Assembly: GCF_964213995.1 (NCBI RefSeq)
Contig: NW_027590890.1
Location: forward strand, 62,001-126,000
DNA from: Mustelus asterias
Taxonomy: Eukaryota
Direction of reading: 5' to 3'
Length of the DNA stretch: 64,000 nucleotides
Shown piece by piece: positions 46,431-57,826 of this stretch (within the stretch, counting starts at the first letter, position 1; every line of letters begins with the position of its first letter). Both the position numbers and the translations under genes were made by a program. Under the pieces are notes generated by a model. That model was given only the letters and a program-made list of their open reading frames with translations. It made no database searches and was not told where the DNA came from.

Positions 46431-47324
46431 GGATTGTTGTTTCACTCCAATCCCTTCAGGGGAAAAGCAGCTTTTAACCCGGCTTTTCCTGACAGAGGCT
46501 GGGACATTATTCCTCTCTCCCCCCTGTGTCTCTCTCTCTCTGGAAGGACTGGTGCTTCTCTCCAGGTGCATCTGCGGTTCTCTCTCTGTCTCCCCGACTC
46601 AGAGCTGATCCCTGTGTGGGGGGAATGGATGGAAAGGAGCTGCAGCTACTGTCAGTGTCTCAGAGCCGGGGGGAAAGGGGGGGGATCTGGGGGAAACTTT
46701 CCTTCATCCTCACCCCCATTCAGCTCTTTATTCAAAATAAACTCTGGGGGATGGTGGAAATCTGAAATGCTGCAATTTCTCAGCAGCCCAGAGGGAGAAT
46801 CTGTGGAGAGAGAAATAGAGTTAATGTTTAAACCAGCTTCGTCCCCGACCCACAACTCAATGTAGGAATCGTTTCAGTCCCCAACCCTCACCACAAGTAA
46901 AAACAGCCACAGTTTATATGATTCACAACTGCCCTTTCCATTTTAAAGCAGACAGGGTGAAACCAGAACAACTCACCCAGAAACCGCACCCACAGCATCA
47001 GATCTCAAGCCCCTCAGCCCCACAAACTCATTTCAGAATTGAAACACAACATCACAGACACCCTGGCCACGATTCTCCTAAAAACGCTGAATTGGTGTGA
47101 AAACTGTTGTAAATCCTGACTGTTTTCTCAGTTCAGCTTCTCACCCGAATCTCTGCACTCTGTGCACTGCAGAGGTCCCAATGGTGAATATAATTAAACG
47201 CTGGGCGCTGTGGGTGGGGCCGATTCAGCCAAACAGCCTGAAATCGGTGGGATGATCGGGAATCCGCGCATGCGCACATCGCTGGGAGATCGCGGAAAAG
47301 ACCCCCCAGCATCCAGATCACTGC

Positions 47325-47975
47325 CATCCCCCCCCCCACAGACATCGCTGCCTCATCGCTGCCCCCACAACCCCCCCCCCCCCACAGACATCGCTGCCCC
47401 CACAACCCCCCCCCACAGACATCACTGCCCCCACAACCCCCCCCCCACAGACATCGCTGCCTCATCGCTGCCCCCACAACCCCCCCCCACCACCCCCCAC
47501 AGACATCGCTGCCTCATCGCTGCCCCCACAACCCCCCCCCACCACCCCCCACAGACATCGCTGCCTCATCGCTGCCCCCACAACCCCCCCCCCACCACCC
47601 CCCACAGACATCGCTGCCCCACCCCCACAGACATCGCTGCCTCATCGCTGCCCCCCCCCACAGACATCGCTGGCCTCATTGCTGCCCCGCCCCCAACAGA
47701 CATCGCTGCCCCCACAACCCCCCCCCCACCACCCCCCACGGACATCGCTGGCCCCCACAACCCCCCCCCCACCCCCCACGGACATCGCTGGCCCCCACAA
47801 CCCCCCCCCCCACCCCCCACGGACATCGCTGGCCCCCACAAACCCCCCCCCCCCCCCGCCACAGACATTGCTGGCCTCATCGCTGGCCCCCACAACCCCC
47901 CGCCACAGAGACATCGCTAGTCTCATCACTGCCCCCCGCCCCCCTTCCCCCCACACACAGACATTGCTGCCCGCT
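47325..47975. repeat. C-rich minisatellite (CCCCACAGACATCGCTGCCTCATCGCTGCCCCCACAACCCC variants)
   Basis: Direct inspection; source of the Pro-rich and Gly-rich spurious ORFs. Confidence 0.9.
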
Positions 47976-48267
47976 CACCTCATGCCCCCACGGATCCGGA
48001 TACTGCGGGTATCCAATCCCTCCATTCCTTGAACACTGTCCTCACTGCTGCCCTGCAGAAACTAGCGCTGACATGCACAACCCCAGCTCGTGATCATTCC
48101 CTCTCTTGAATGGGAGCCTTGAGAACTGCACCGCCCCCTCCACCCCCCCCCCCCCCCCCCCCACCCCCGCACCCTGGACACAGCAGCTAATCGATTAGGA
48201 GCCCTGAGTATTGCACCCCCCTGGACACAGCAGCCAATCAGCACCGCGAGGGATGCATGACATTCAC

Positions 48268-48861
48268 TGAGGGGTACATGGCACCTATGACCAACTCAGA
48301 ACCACATAACAGTGCGAATTATGCCGGGCGCAAGTGTACAGGTGGAGGGGGCAGACCTCCCGACTAAGGAGCTGGGCCCATTCCCCGATGACATGTGGTT
48401 CTGAGTTGGTCATCGGTGCCATGTTTGGACCTGGCATCCGACCAAAAGGGGGGAATGAAGTCAGGAATGGGTTAATAAACTTCAAAACTCAAAGTGTCAA
48501 AGTGACCTCTGTGATATTTAGAGCTTGTATGAGAAGTGCTGTAGAATTCATTGTTTTGGTTAGAATTCATTGTTTCTTACATTCGGACCAGATAAGGGAA
48601 AACCGTTGCCTCCTGAATGTATATCAGATTAACTTGTTTGTGCAAAACCTGTAATATTGTTTCAAGGCAATGATGAACGATCGCAGCCTTGGAGATTGCT
48701 CATAGAGCGGGAATCTGTATACCAAGGGGTATAAAACTCTGTTCTTACTTGTGTTCGAAGAGAAGGCTGGGGCCCACTGTTAGGAACCTCGCTTCTCCCA
48801 CAATTGTGAAAATAGAGCTGCACTTTGATCCACTAATAGTGTCAGAGGTTTTTACCTAAAC
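48268..48861 (+). mobile_element. Putative solo LTR
   Basis: ~600-bp TG...AACA segment with GGGTATAAAA (~48728) and an AATAGA-like signal interrupting the MITE. No clear TSD found. Confidence 0.4.
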
Positions 48862-49076
48862 AGTATGTAAAGTCACGCTAATCAGTGGCCTGCCGGTTTT
48901 CTGCACGTCCTCGGCGGCACCATTTTTCTCCGGCTGGGAGATGAGCGCGGGTCGTAAAAGCTGGCGGGGAACCTGCGAAATGGCCAACACGCATCTCCCG
49001 GCCCGGCCCGCCAGAAAAGCTGTGGGTCGTGATTGGAGAATTGAGGCCCCTGTCTCAATACACACACTCAGCTATA

Positions 49077-50235
49077 CAGTACTGACCCTCTGACAGTGCA
49101 GCACTCCCTCAGCACTGACCCTCTGACAGTGCGGCACTCCCTCACTACTGACCCTCTGACAGTGCGGCACTCCCTCAGTACTGACCCTCGGATAGTGCAG
49201 CACTCCCTCAGCACTGACCCTCTGACAGTGCGGCACTCCCTCAGTACTGACCCTCTGACAGTGCAGCACTCCCTCAGTACTGACCCTCTGACAGTGCAGC
49301 ACTCCCTCAGTACTGACCCTCTGATAGTGCAGCACTCCCTCAGTACTGACCCTCTGACAGTGCGTCACTCCCTCAGTACTGACCCTCTGACAGTGCGGCA
49401 CTCCCTCAGTACTGACCCTCTGACAGTGCAGCACTCCCTCAGTACTGACCCTCTGATAGTGCAGCACTCCCTCAGTACTGACCCTCTGACAGTGCGTCAC
49501 TCCCTCAGTACTGACCCTCTGACAGTGCGGCACTCCCTCAGTACTGACCCTCTGACAGTGCGGCACTCCCTCAGTACTGACCCTCTGACAGTGTGGCACT
49601 CACTCAGTACTGACCCTCTGACAGTGCGGAGCTCCCTCAGCACTGACCCTCTGACAGTGCAGCACTCCCTCAGTACTGACCTTCTGACAGTGCAGCACTC
49701 CCTCAGTACTGAACCTCTGACAGTGCAGCACTCCCTCAGCACTGACCCTCTGACAGTGTGGCACTCCCTCAGTACTGACCCTCTGACAGTGCAGCACTCC
49801 CTCAGTACTGACCCTCTGACAGTGCGGCACTCCCTCAGTACTGACCCTCTGACAGTGCGGCACTCCCTCAGTACTGACCCTCTGACAGTGCGGCACTCCC
49901 TCAGTACTGACCCTCTGACAGTGCAGCACTCCCTCAGCACTGGCCCTCTGGCAGTGCAGCACTCCCTCAGTACTGGCCCTCTGACAGTGCAGCACTCCCT
50001 CAGCACTGACCCTCTGACAGTGCAGCACTCCCTCAGCACTGACCCTCTGACAGTGCAGCATTCCCTCAGTACTGGCCCTCTGACAGTGCAGCACTCCCTC
50101 AGTACTGGCCCTCTGACAGTGCAGCACTCCCTCAGCACTGACCCTCTGACAGTGCAGCACTCCCTCAGTACTGACCCTCTGACAGTGCGGCACTCCCTCA
50201 GCACCGACCCTCTGACAGCGCGGCGCTTCCTCAGT
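49077..50235 (-). repeat. 33-bp minisatellite array (~35 units), inverted relative to main array
   Basis: Reads CAGTACTGACCCTCTGACAGTGCGGCACTCCCT, the reverse complement of the main consensus. Confidence 0.98.
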
Positions 50236-51169
50236 TGTTGCTTTTTCAATATCTGAGACACATTGACCATCCTTGTTGATGTGGCTTTTTAACCAGACAC
50301 AGTTTCCCCGCTTTATTATAATTGCTGCTTGTTCCCTCTTTCCCGGTGAGCAGAGGTGGGAATTCCAGTCTCTGAAAACTAGGTTGACATCCAGCAGGGA
50401 ACTGGTGCCCGATGGGAGCGGAGAGTGAACCCACCCTGCGTGGTATCTAGCCGGACCCTCCTGGTCGGGTGTTGTTAGTCAGGCTCTGGACCTGTCCAGA
50501 TAAAAAGAGTCTTCCTTATGGAGCACAATCTACTGGATGTAAAAGCAGTGGAAGGAATGAGCTTCATCTTTACAATGATATGTTCATTCTCGAGATGTGG
50601 GTGCCTCTGGCAAGGCTGATATTTATTGTCCGCCCGAGATGTCCCTTGAGAAGGTGGTGATGGGGCTTCTTCTTCAACGGTTTCAGTCCCGTGTGGTGAA
50701 GGTGCTCCCACGGTGCCGTTAGGGAGGGAGCTCCAGGATTTTAACCCAGTGACGATTAAGGATATATCTCCAAGTCGGGACGGTGTGTGAGTATTATGGG
50801 ATGTGGGATATTGAAACCGGCTCCAGCAGTAAACAATGAGTGGGCTGGTTTGGAGAAACTGGAGGGAAAATGGCCTGTGAAGGGGCAGGTGGAGTGAGCT
50901 CCGATGGACAGACTCCATCTAGGTCTGATGGTCGTCACGGTAACGAATCACTGACGGAGGATGAATGCATGGGTGGCAGGGTAAACACCTGCCAGTTGCA
51001 AACTGATCATTTCCATCAACCTTTAAAGGTCATTGAAGTGGGGAAAACATGGAGAGGGGTACACAACATGGCTGCCTGGCCCATAAACGGTCACCTGGGA
51101 AAAGAGACATTAAACAGGCACTGACTTTTAGTGCAGACAGTTATTTAAAGTTAAAACATGCAGGGAAAA

Positions 51170-51630
51170 AATGCTGCAGGAAACCAGGGCTTGAGGCACT
51201 TTTAGATATCTTCCAGCTGAAATATTTGTCCTCGACCGAGTGTTGCAGACTGGCACATTCCAAGGTCCAGGACTACGTGCTCAGGGACGCGCTCAAGCTT
51301 GGGGCAGCCGCCACAAAGGCACAATGGGGAAAGGCCACCGTGTAAAGCGTCTCAACCGAGGCAGACCGAGGGCCCGGTAACTGCAGAATACCCTCGGCCT
51401 GCGTAACTGTGTGCCAACCTGCAAAATAACAGCACACAGTAAACTCTGATGTATGTATATAGTTTTAAGGAATGAAATGTAATGAATGTAATGTCATGTA
51501 AATAAGCATCGTATTGTACTGTAACAATGATTCTTTTTTGCACTGTTTGTAATTTTTGGATCTGTCGTTTTGCAATGGTTTATTTGAGAGTTTTTTTTAT
51601 GAATAAAGTCTATTTTTGAAATGAAAAAAA
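51170..51630 (+). mobile_element. Tx1/L1-like LINE 3' end with polyA tail
   Basis: STECCRLAHSKVQDYVLRDALKLGAAATKAQWGKATV*, T-rich UTR, AATAAA at 51602 and an A-tract. Confidence 0.7.
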
Positions 51631-52184
51631 TGCTGTTTACTCAGTAAAACAGCTCCACTGTTTTCCGTTAACATGCAATCTAATCACAAGCCCCAGCTTT
51701 ATCAGACACACATCCTTTTTACAGTTAAGATATAATCATTTCACTCGCCCCAGTTCTGACTATCGGTCGCACACACTCACCATTCTCATGAACTGAAACT
51801 CTGCAATATTTTCATTTCTGCTCAGTTTTAATTCTGGACTGGCTGTTCACTGGGGTGTGTTATTGATACACTGGAGAATTGAGCCAATTGGGATTCTCCC
51901 AGTCGGTGCAAGGGGATCCTGAGCACTGGGCGATTTATTGATATGAAGAAACTAATGCAGTGGGGACATAGTTCCAAGTCAGGATGATTCAGAGTGGAAA
52001 TTGCGGGTGATGGGAGGTGCCTGCTGGTGTCTTTCTTGATGGTAGTGGTCACAGCTGATGAAGGAAGGTGCTGGTGAAGGAGCTTTGGCGAGTTGCGTGT
52101 GTGTGGTACACACTGTTTGGTTTCATAAATACCATCTTTACCTTGCTTGCCATAGCCATGTGACTCTGCCATGAGGTAAGCACT

Positions 52185-53272
52185 TTAGACAATAATCTCT
52201 CCCTCAAATGTCAACAAAATGAAGGAGATTGTCATCGACTTGAGGAAGTGCAGTGGAGAACATGCCCCTGTCTGCATCAATGGGAACAAAGTAGAAATGG
52301 TCAAGAGCTTCAAGTTTTTAGGTGTCCAGGTCACCAACAACCTGTCCTGGTCCCCCCATGCCGACACTATAGTTAAGAAAGCCCATCAACGCCTCTACTT
52401 TCTCAGAAGACAAAGTTAATTTGGTATGTCAGTTACGACTCTCTCCAACTTTTACAAATGCATCATAGAAAGCATTCTTTCTGGTTGTATCACAGCTTGG
52501 TATGGCTCCTGCTCTGCCCAAGACCGCAAGAAACGACAAAAGGCCATGAATGTAGCCCAGTCCATCACGCAAACCAGCCTCCCATCCATTGACTCTGTCT
52601 ACACTTCCCGCTGCCTCGGCAAAGCAGCCAGCATAATTAAGGACCCCACACACCCCGGACATTCTCTCTTCCACCTTCTTCCGTCAGGAAAAAGATACAA
52701 AAGTCTGAAGTCAAGTACCAACCGACTCAAGAACAGCTTCTTCCCTGCTGCCATCAGACTTTTGAAATGGGGTAGCAAAGTGGTTAGCACTGCTGCTTCA
52801 CAGCTCCAGGGACCTGGGTTCGAATCCTGGCTCGGGTCGCTGTCTGTGTGGAGTTTGAACATTCTCCCTGTGTCTGCGTGGGTTTCCTCCGGGTGTTCCG
52901 GTTTCTTCCCACAGTCCAAAGATGTGCGGGCTAGGTTGATTGGCCATTCTAAATTGCCCCTTAGTGTCCCGGGGTGCATCGGTTAGAGGGATTCGTGGGT
53001 AAATATATGGGGATAGGGCCTGGGTGGGATTGTGGTTGGTGCAGACTCGATGGGCCAAATGGCCTCTTTCTGCACTGTAGGATTCTATGATTCTATGATT
53101 CTACCTCGCATTAAGTTGATCGTCTTCTACACCCTAGCTATGACTGTAACACTACATTCTGCACCCTCCTTTCCTTCTCTGTGAACGGTATGCTTTGTAT
53201 GTATAGCGTGCAAGGAGCAATACTTTTCACTGTATACTAATACATGTGACAATAATAAATCAAATCAAATCA
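52185..53272 (+). mobile_element. Rex1/Babar-type LINE 3' fragment, interrupted by SINE
   Basis: NNLSLxVNKMKEIVIDLRK...FKFLGV...KKAHQRLYFLRR...FYKCIIESILSGCITAWYG...DPTHPGHSLFHLLPSGKRY...NSFFPAAIRLL, with an (AAATC)n tail. Confidence 0.88.
52768..53103 (+). mobile_element. HE1 SINE
   Basis: B box GGTTCGAATCC, HE1 core and (GATTCTAT)n tail. Confidence 0.9.
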
Positions 53273-53279
53273 TCTCTGA

Positions 53280-54216
53280 TCAGTTCAATGAAGCCTCTCA
53301 CTAAGACAGATACTAATGAATAGTATCATAAATGAAAAATTGTGTCAGGAAGTGAAGAAAAATAGTTTTTTGAACCTTGGAAATGATGTAGAGAAGACAC
53401 AGAACCCAGGGACACAGATTTTCACTCACAATGGCAGAACTATGAGATTGCAACAGGCTCAATTAACAAGCCTGAACCAATAAGAATAGCCATACTTTTA
53501 ACACTGCTTTTAACACTTGGTGAGGGACCACTGAAAAGTGCACACCACCCGAATTTGAGTGATGAGCAGAGAAAACAGACTGCAGAGATTTTGAAAACCT
53601 TAAAACCTTCGAGACAGACTAACTTAAACATGCAAGACCTCTCGGTGAGCGAAGGTTCACTGAAAGATGAGAAACTGACCTCAGGAAAGCAACAGACCTT
53701 TGTTGAAATGTGGAAGTTGTGAAATATCAGCGAGGGCGCATGTATGGTGGAGCAAACCAGGAGATAAATTACGCTGAGAGACACTCCAAGCAGACCAATT
53801 GCAGAAAAAGGGCAGGATGCAAATACTGCAGAGCACAGCAGACACAGGAAAAGGATTAAAGCAGAATAATTTCACACAAGTGTTTGATGTGAAAGAAGCA
53901 AAATGAGCCGATTGAGTTGGCGGCTACTGGAGAGACATCAGCAGAAGAGTCTGATGAAGAAATATACACAATAAAACTGATTAGTTCAGTCAAGTCTAAA
54001 GGAGAAAAATGGTTTGTGGCTTTCACAATGGCAGCCGCAAAGGGAGAGTATCAAATGTACAAGACATGTCAGATAGACACTGAGGCATCGTGTAACATAA
54101 TGACCTTCACAAATCTGTGTGAAGTGGTTCAACATGGCCATATGAACATAAAGCCCTCAAAAGTAAGATTGTGGCGTTATGATGATGTGATACATATACC
54201 GAGAGGGCAAAAGTAA
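53280..54216 (+). mobile_element. Gypsy LTR-retrotransposon gag-protease remnant
   Basis: Degenerate CKYC zinc knuckle at ~53818 and CQIDTEASCNIM, a mutated DTGA aspartic protease motif, in ORF 53917-54216. Confidence 0.65.
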
Positions 54217-55195
54217 TTTGGAAGGGGCATGGATCTCAGTGTGGGGTGATGCACAGCCAAATATAGAAGAAAACCCAAGTCAGTCTGGAAGGCAGTGCAA
54301 AGAGAGACACGTTAAGGCACAAGGGAATATTGCAAGGTTGGCTGGCATTTATTTTAATGCAACGACTCTTCTGGGTTAGGCAGATGAATTGAGGGTGTTG
54401 ATTAACACATAGTTGTGATATTGTCATCATAGAGACATGGTTGAGGGGGGCGGGACTGACAGCTCAATTTTCTGGGGTATGGAGTCTTTGGGCAAGAAGG
54501 AGGGGTGTAAGAGAGGAGGTGGTGTTGAGGAGTCAATTAGTGCCATGAGCAGGGGTGATATCTTATCAGGCTCCTCAGTTGAGGCCATATGGGTGGAACA
54601 TAAACTCAAAAAAGAGGCAATCATGTTGTTGGCTGTGTGCTATAGGCCCCCAAACAGTCAGAGGGAGCGAGAAGAGGAGATGTGCAGACAAACCTAAGGG
54701 AAGTATAAAAATTATAGGGCAATAATAGTAAGAATTTCAACTCCCCCAATATTCACTGGGATAGGCAGAGTATGAAAGGCTTAAAGGGTTTGGAATTCTT
54801 AAAATGCATCCAAGAGAGTTTTGAGCCATCACGTAGATAGTCCTACAAGAGAGGGGGCAATATTTGATGACATTTTAGGAAATGAAGCTGGGCAGGTGCT
54901 AGAAGTGTCAATGGGGAGCATTTCGGTGATAGTGACCATAACTTGGTGAGATTGAAGGAAAAAGAGAAAGATGGACCGGAAATAAGGTTTCTGAACTGGT
55001 GGGGGAAAGTCGATTTTAATATGATGAGTCGAGATCTGGCAAAAGTGGACTGGGAGCAGCTATTTGTGGGAAGATCCACATCAGAGCAGTCAGAGTCTTT
55101 CAAAAAGGAAATAGGGAGAGAGTATAGGCCAACATGTTCCCATAAAGGTAAAGGGTGGAACCAAAAAGTCCAGAGAAGCTGCATGTCAAGGGATA

Positions 55196-56939
55196 GTCAT
55201 GATGTGGAGATGCTGGCGTTGGACTGGGGTAAACACAGTAAGGAGTCTAACTCGGAGCACTCCTCGTCACAATGGATGTCTCGGCACTCCACACCAGCAT
55301 CCCCCACGACGATGGCATTGCTGCAACTGCCTCAGCACTCAACGCCGACAACTGCCAGTTTCTCATGCAATTTTACAACTCATCCATTTCATCCTGGACC
55401 ACAATGTCTTCACCTTCAACAACCAGTTCTTCATCCAGACACACGGAACAGCCATGGGGACCAAATTTGCACCTCAATATGCCAACATCTTCTTGCACAG
55501 GTTCGAACTAGACTTCTTCACCACACAGGACCTTCAACCGATGCTATGCACTGGATACATCGATGACATTTTCTTCCTTTGGACTCATGGTGAGCAATCA
55601 CTGAAACAACTATATGATGACATCAATAAGTTCCATCCCACCATCAGACTCACTATGGACTACTCTCCAGAATCAGTTGCATTCTTGGACACACACATCT
55701 CCATAAAGGACGGTCACCTCAGCACCTCACTGTACCGCAAGCCCACGGATAACCTCATGATGCTCCACTTCTCCAGCTTCCACCCTAAACACGTAAAAGA
55801 AGCCATCCACTACGGACAAGCCCTCCGTATACACAGGATCTGCTCGGATGAGGAGGATCGCAACAGACACCTCCAGAGGCTGATAGGTGCCCTCATAAGA
55901 ACAGGATATGGCGCTCGACTCATCGATCGACAGTTCCGACGCGCCACAGCGAAAAACCGCACCGACCTCCTCAGAAGACAAACACGGGACATGGTGGACA
56001 GAGTACCCTTCGTCGTCCAGTACTTCCCCGGAGCGGAGAAGCTACGACATCTCCTCCAGAGCCTTCAACATGTCATTGATGAAGACGAACATCTCGCCAA
56101 GGCCATCCCCACACCCCCACTTCTTGCCTTCAAACAACCGCACAACCTCAAACAGACCATTGTCCACAGCAAACTACCCAGCCTTCAGGAGAACAGTGAC
56201 CACGACACCACACAACCCTGCCACAGCAACCTCTGCAAGACGTGCCGGATCATCGACATGGATGCCATCATCTCACGTGAGAACACCATCCACCAGGTAC
56301 ACGGTACATACTCTTGCAACTCGGCCAACGTTGTCCACCTGATACGCTGCAGGAAAGGATGTCCCGAGGCATGGTACATTGGGGAGACGATGCAGACGCA
56401 ACGACAACGGATGAATGAACACCGCTCGACAATCATCAGGCAAGACTGTTCTCTTCCTGTTGGGGAACACTTCAGCGGTCACGGGCATTCGGCCTCTGAT
56501 GTTCGGGTAAGCGTTCTCCAAGGCGGCCTTCACAACACACGACAGCGCAGAGTCGCTGAGCAGAGACTGATAGCCAGGTTCCGCACACAACCGGGATCTT
56601 GGGTTCATGTCACACTATCTGTCACCCCCACAACTTGCCTGGACTTGCAAAATCTCACTGGTTGTCCTGTCTGGAGACAATACACATCTCTTTAACCTGT
56701 GCTTAATGCTCTCTCCACTCACATTGTCTGTACCTTTAAGACTTGATTAGCTGTAAAGACTCGCATTCCAATCATTCTTCATTCTTCTGTAAATTGAGTT
56801 TGTGTCTTTATATGCCCTGTTTGCTGTTTACTTGCAGATCTCCCACTCACCTGACGAAGGAGCAGCGCTCCGAAAGCTAGTGGCGTTTGCTACCAAATAA
56901 ACCTGTTGGACTTTAACCTGGTGTTGTTAGACTCCTTAC
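55196..56939 (+). mobile_element. Penelope-like retroelement, 5'-truncated, with inverted terminal tail and 12-bp TSD
   Basis: Contains RT (GTAMGTKFAPQYANIF, GYIDDIF, FLD) and GIY-YIG (NVVHLI...WYIGET). TSD TGTCAAGGGATA at 55184-55195 and 56940-56951. Confidence 0.95.
56843..56883 (+). ncRNA. Minimal type-I hammerhead ribozyme in Penelope 3' end
   Basis: CCACTCAC-CTGACGA-A-GGAGC-AGC-GCTCC-GAAA-GCTA-GTGG, with a perfect 5-bp stem II. Confidence 0.8.
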
Positions 56940-57826
56940 TGTCAAGGGATATGCAGGATTCAATAGAGGAAAAGGGAGACTTGTGACAGTTACAGGGGGC
57001 TCAACACAGTGGATGCCCAAGAGGAGTTTAAAAAGTTCAGGGGGCACTTCAAAAAAATTAGGAGAGCGAAAAGGGAGCATGAAAAAGCACCGGTGGACAA
57101 AGTAAAGGAAAATCACAAGGTGTTTTATAAGTATATTAAGGGCAAGAGGATAACCATAGAAGAAGCAGGACCCACTAGGGACCAAAGTGACAGCCTCTAT
57201 GGAGCTGGAAGGCGTCAGTGAGGTATTAAATGAATACTTTGCATCTTGAAAACAGGGAGGGGACTGTGATATAATTGAACAGATTAACATTGGGAGGGAG
57301 GAGGTGTTAGCAGTTCTGGTGGGGCTAAAACAGGATAAACCTCCAGGCCCAGGTGAGATGTATCTTAGGCTGCTTTGTGAGGCAGTAGCTCTGAGGCTAA
57401 TTTTCAAATTCTTTCTGGCCACTACTTTTATATACCATTCCTGCTACAATAAACACCAGGAGAGATTTTAGCACTGTAAATGTGGGGAATGTAGAGATAC
57501 AGTTTAATTATCCATTTCCCAGCTGAGTTCCAGCCGGATTGGGAGGCTGGCTAACTCACACAGGAAGGGCTGCTGCCAGGAATTGGAGAGGACGGATTGA
57601 TCATCGAGTCTGGGTAGAAATCACGTGTTGGCCATATATAGGATGGGAGGTTACACATGGCAGATTTACTTGAGGGGGAGAAGCATTGGAGGGACTGGGG
57701 GAACTCCGGCTACTCACAACCTCAAGCAGGTGGGTGGATGGATCCAACCATTCTCAGCTCCCTTCAGCTTTTGCGTTTGCTGTGACTTTGGAAATCTGTC
57801 ACGAATTGTGAAATATCGAAGTCTAC

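Larger units (their letters stand above)
47064..49049. mobile_element. Non-autonomous TIR DNA element (PIF/Harbinger-like MITE) with internal C-rich minisatellite and an inserted LTR-like piece
   Basis: Terminal inverted repeats GGCCACGATTCTCC ... GGAGAATTGAGGCCC. The superfamily assignment is inferred. Confidence 0.6.
54330..57425 (+). mobile_element. CR1 LINE ORF2 (APE endonuclease to pre-RT), split by Penelope insertion
   Basis: YFNA..ADELR, VCYRPPNS and DLAKVDWEQLF lie on the left; IRRAKREHEK...KENHKVFYKYIKGKR, LNEYFAS and KPPGPGEMY lie on the right of the insert. Confidence 0.82.

Noticed and set aside
47133-48032. Pro-rich/Gly-rich ORFs (extensin-like)
   Set aside because: These are translations of the C-rich minisatellite.
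49072-50270. ORFs of 175-386 aa in the second array
   Set aside because: Same minisatellite artefact as in the main array.
16835-51345. Tx1-like fragments beside both arrays as evidence of a large mirror duplication
   Set aside because: Both fragments are on the plus strand, whereas an inverted duplication would place them on opposite strands. They are likely independent insertions.
55199-55360. N-terminus of the 498-aa ORF as real Penelope protein
   Set aside because: It derives from the inverted tail and an out-of-frame RT segment. The real RT frame is entered only after a frameshift near 55360.
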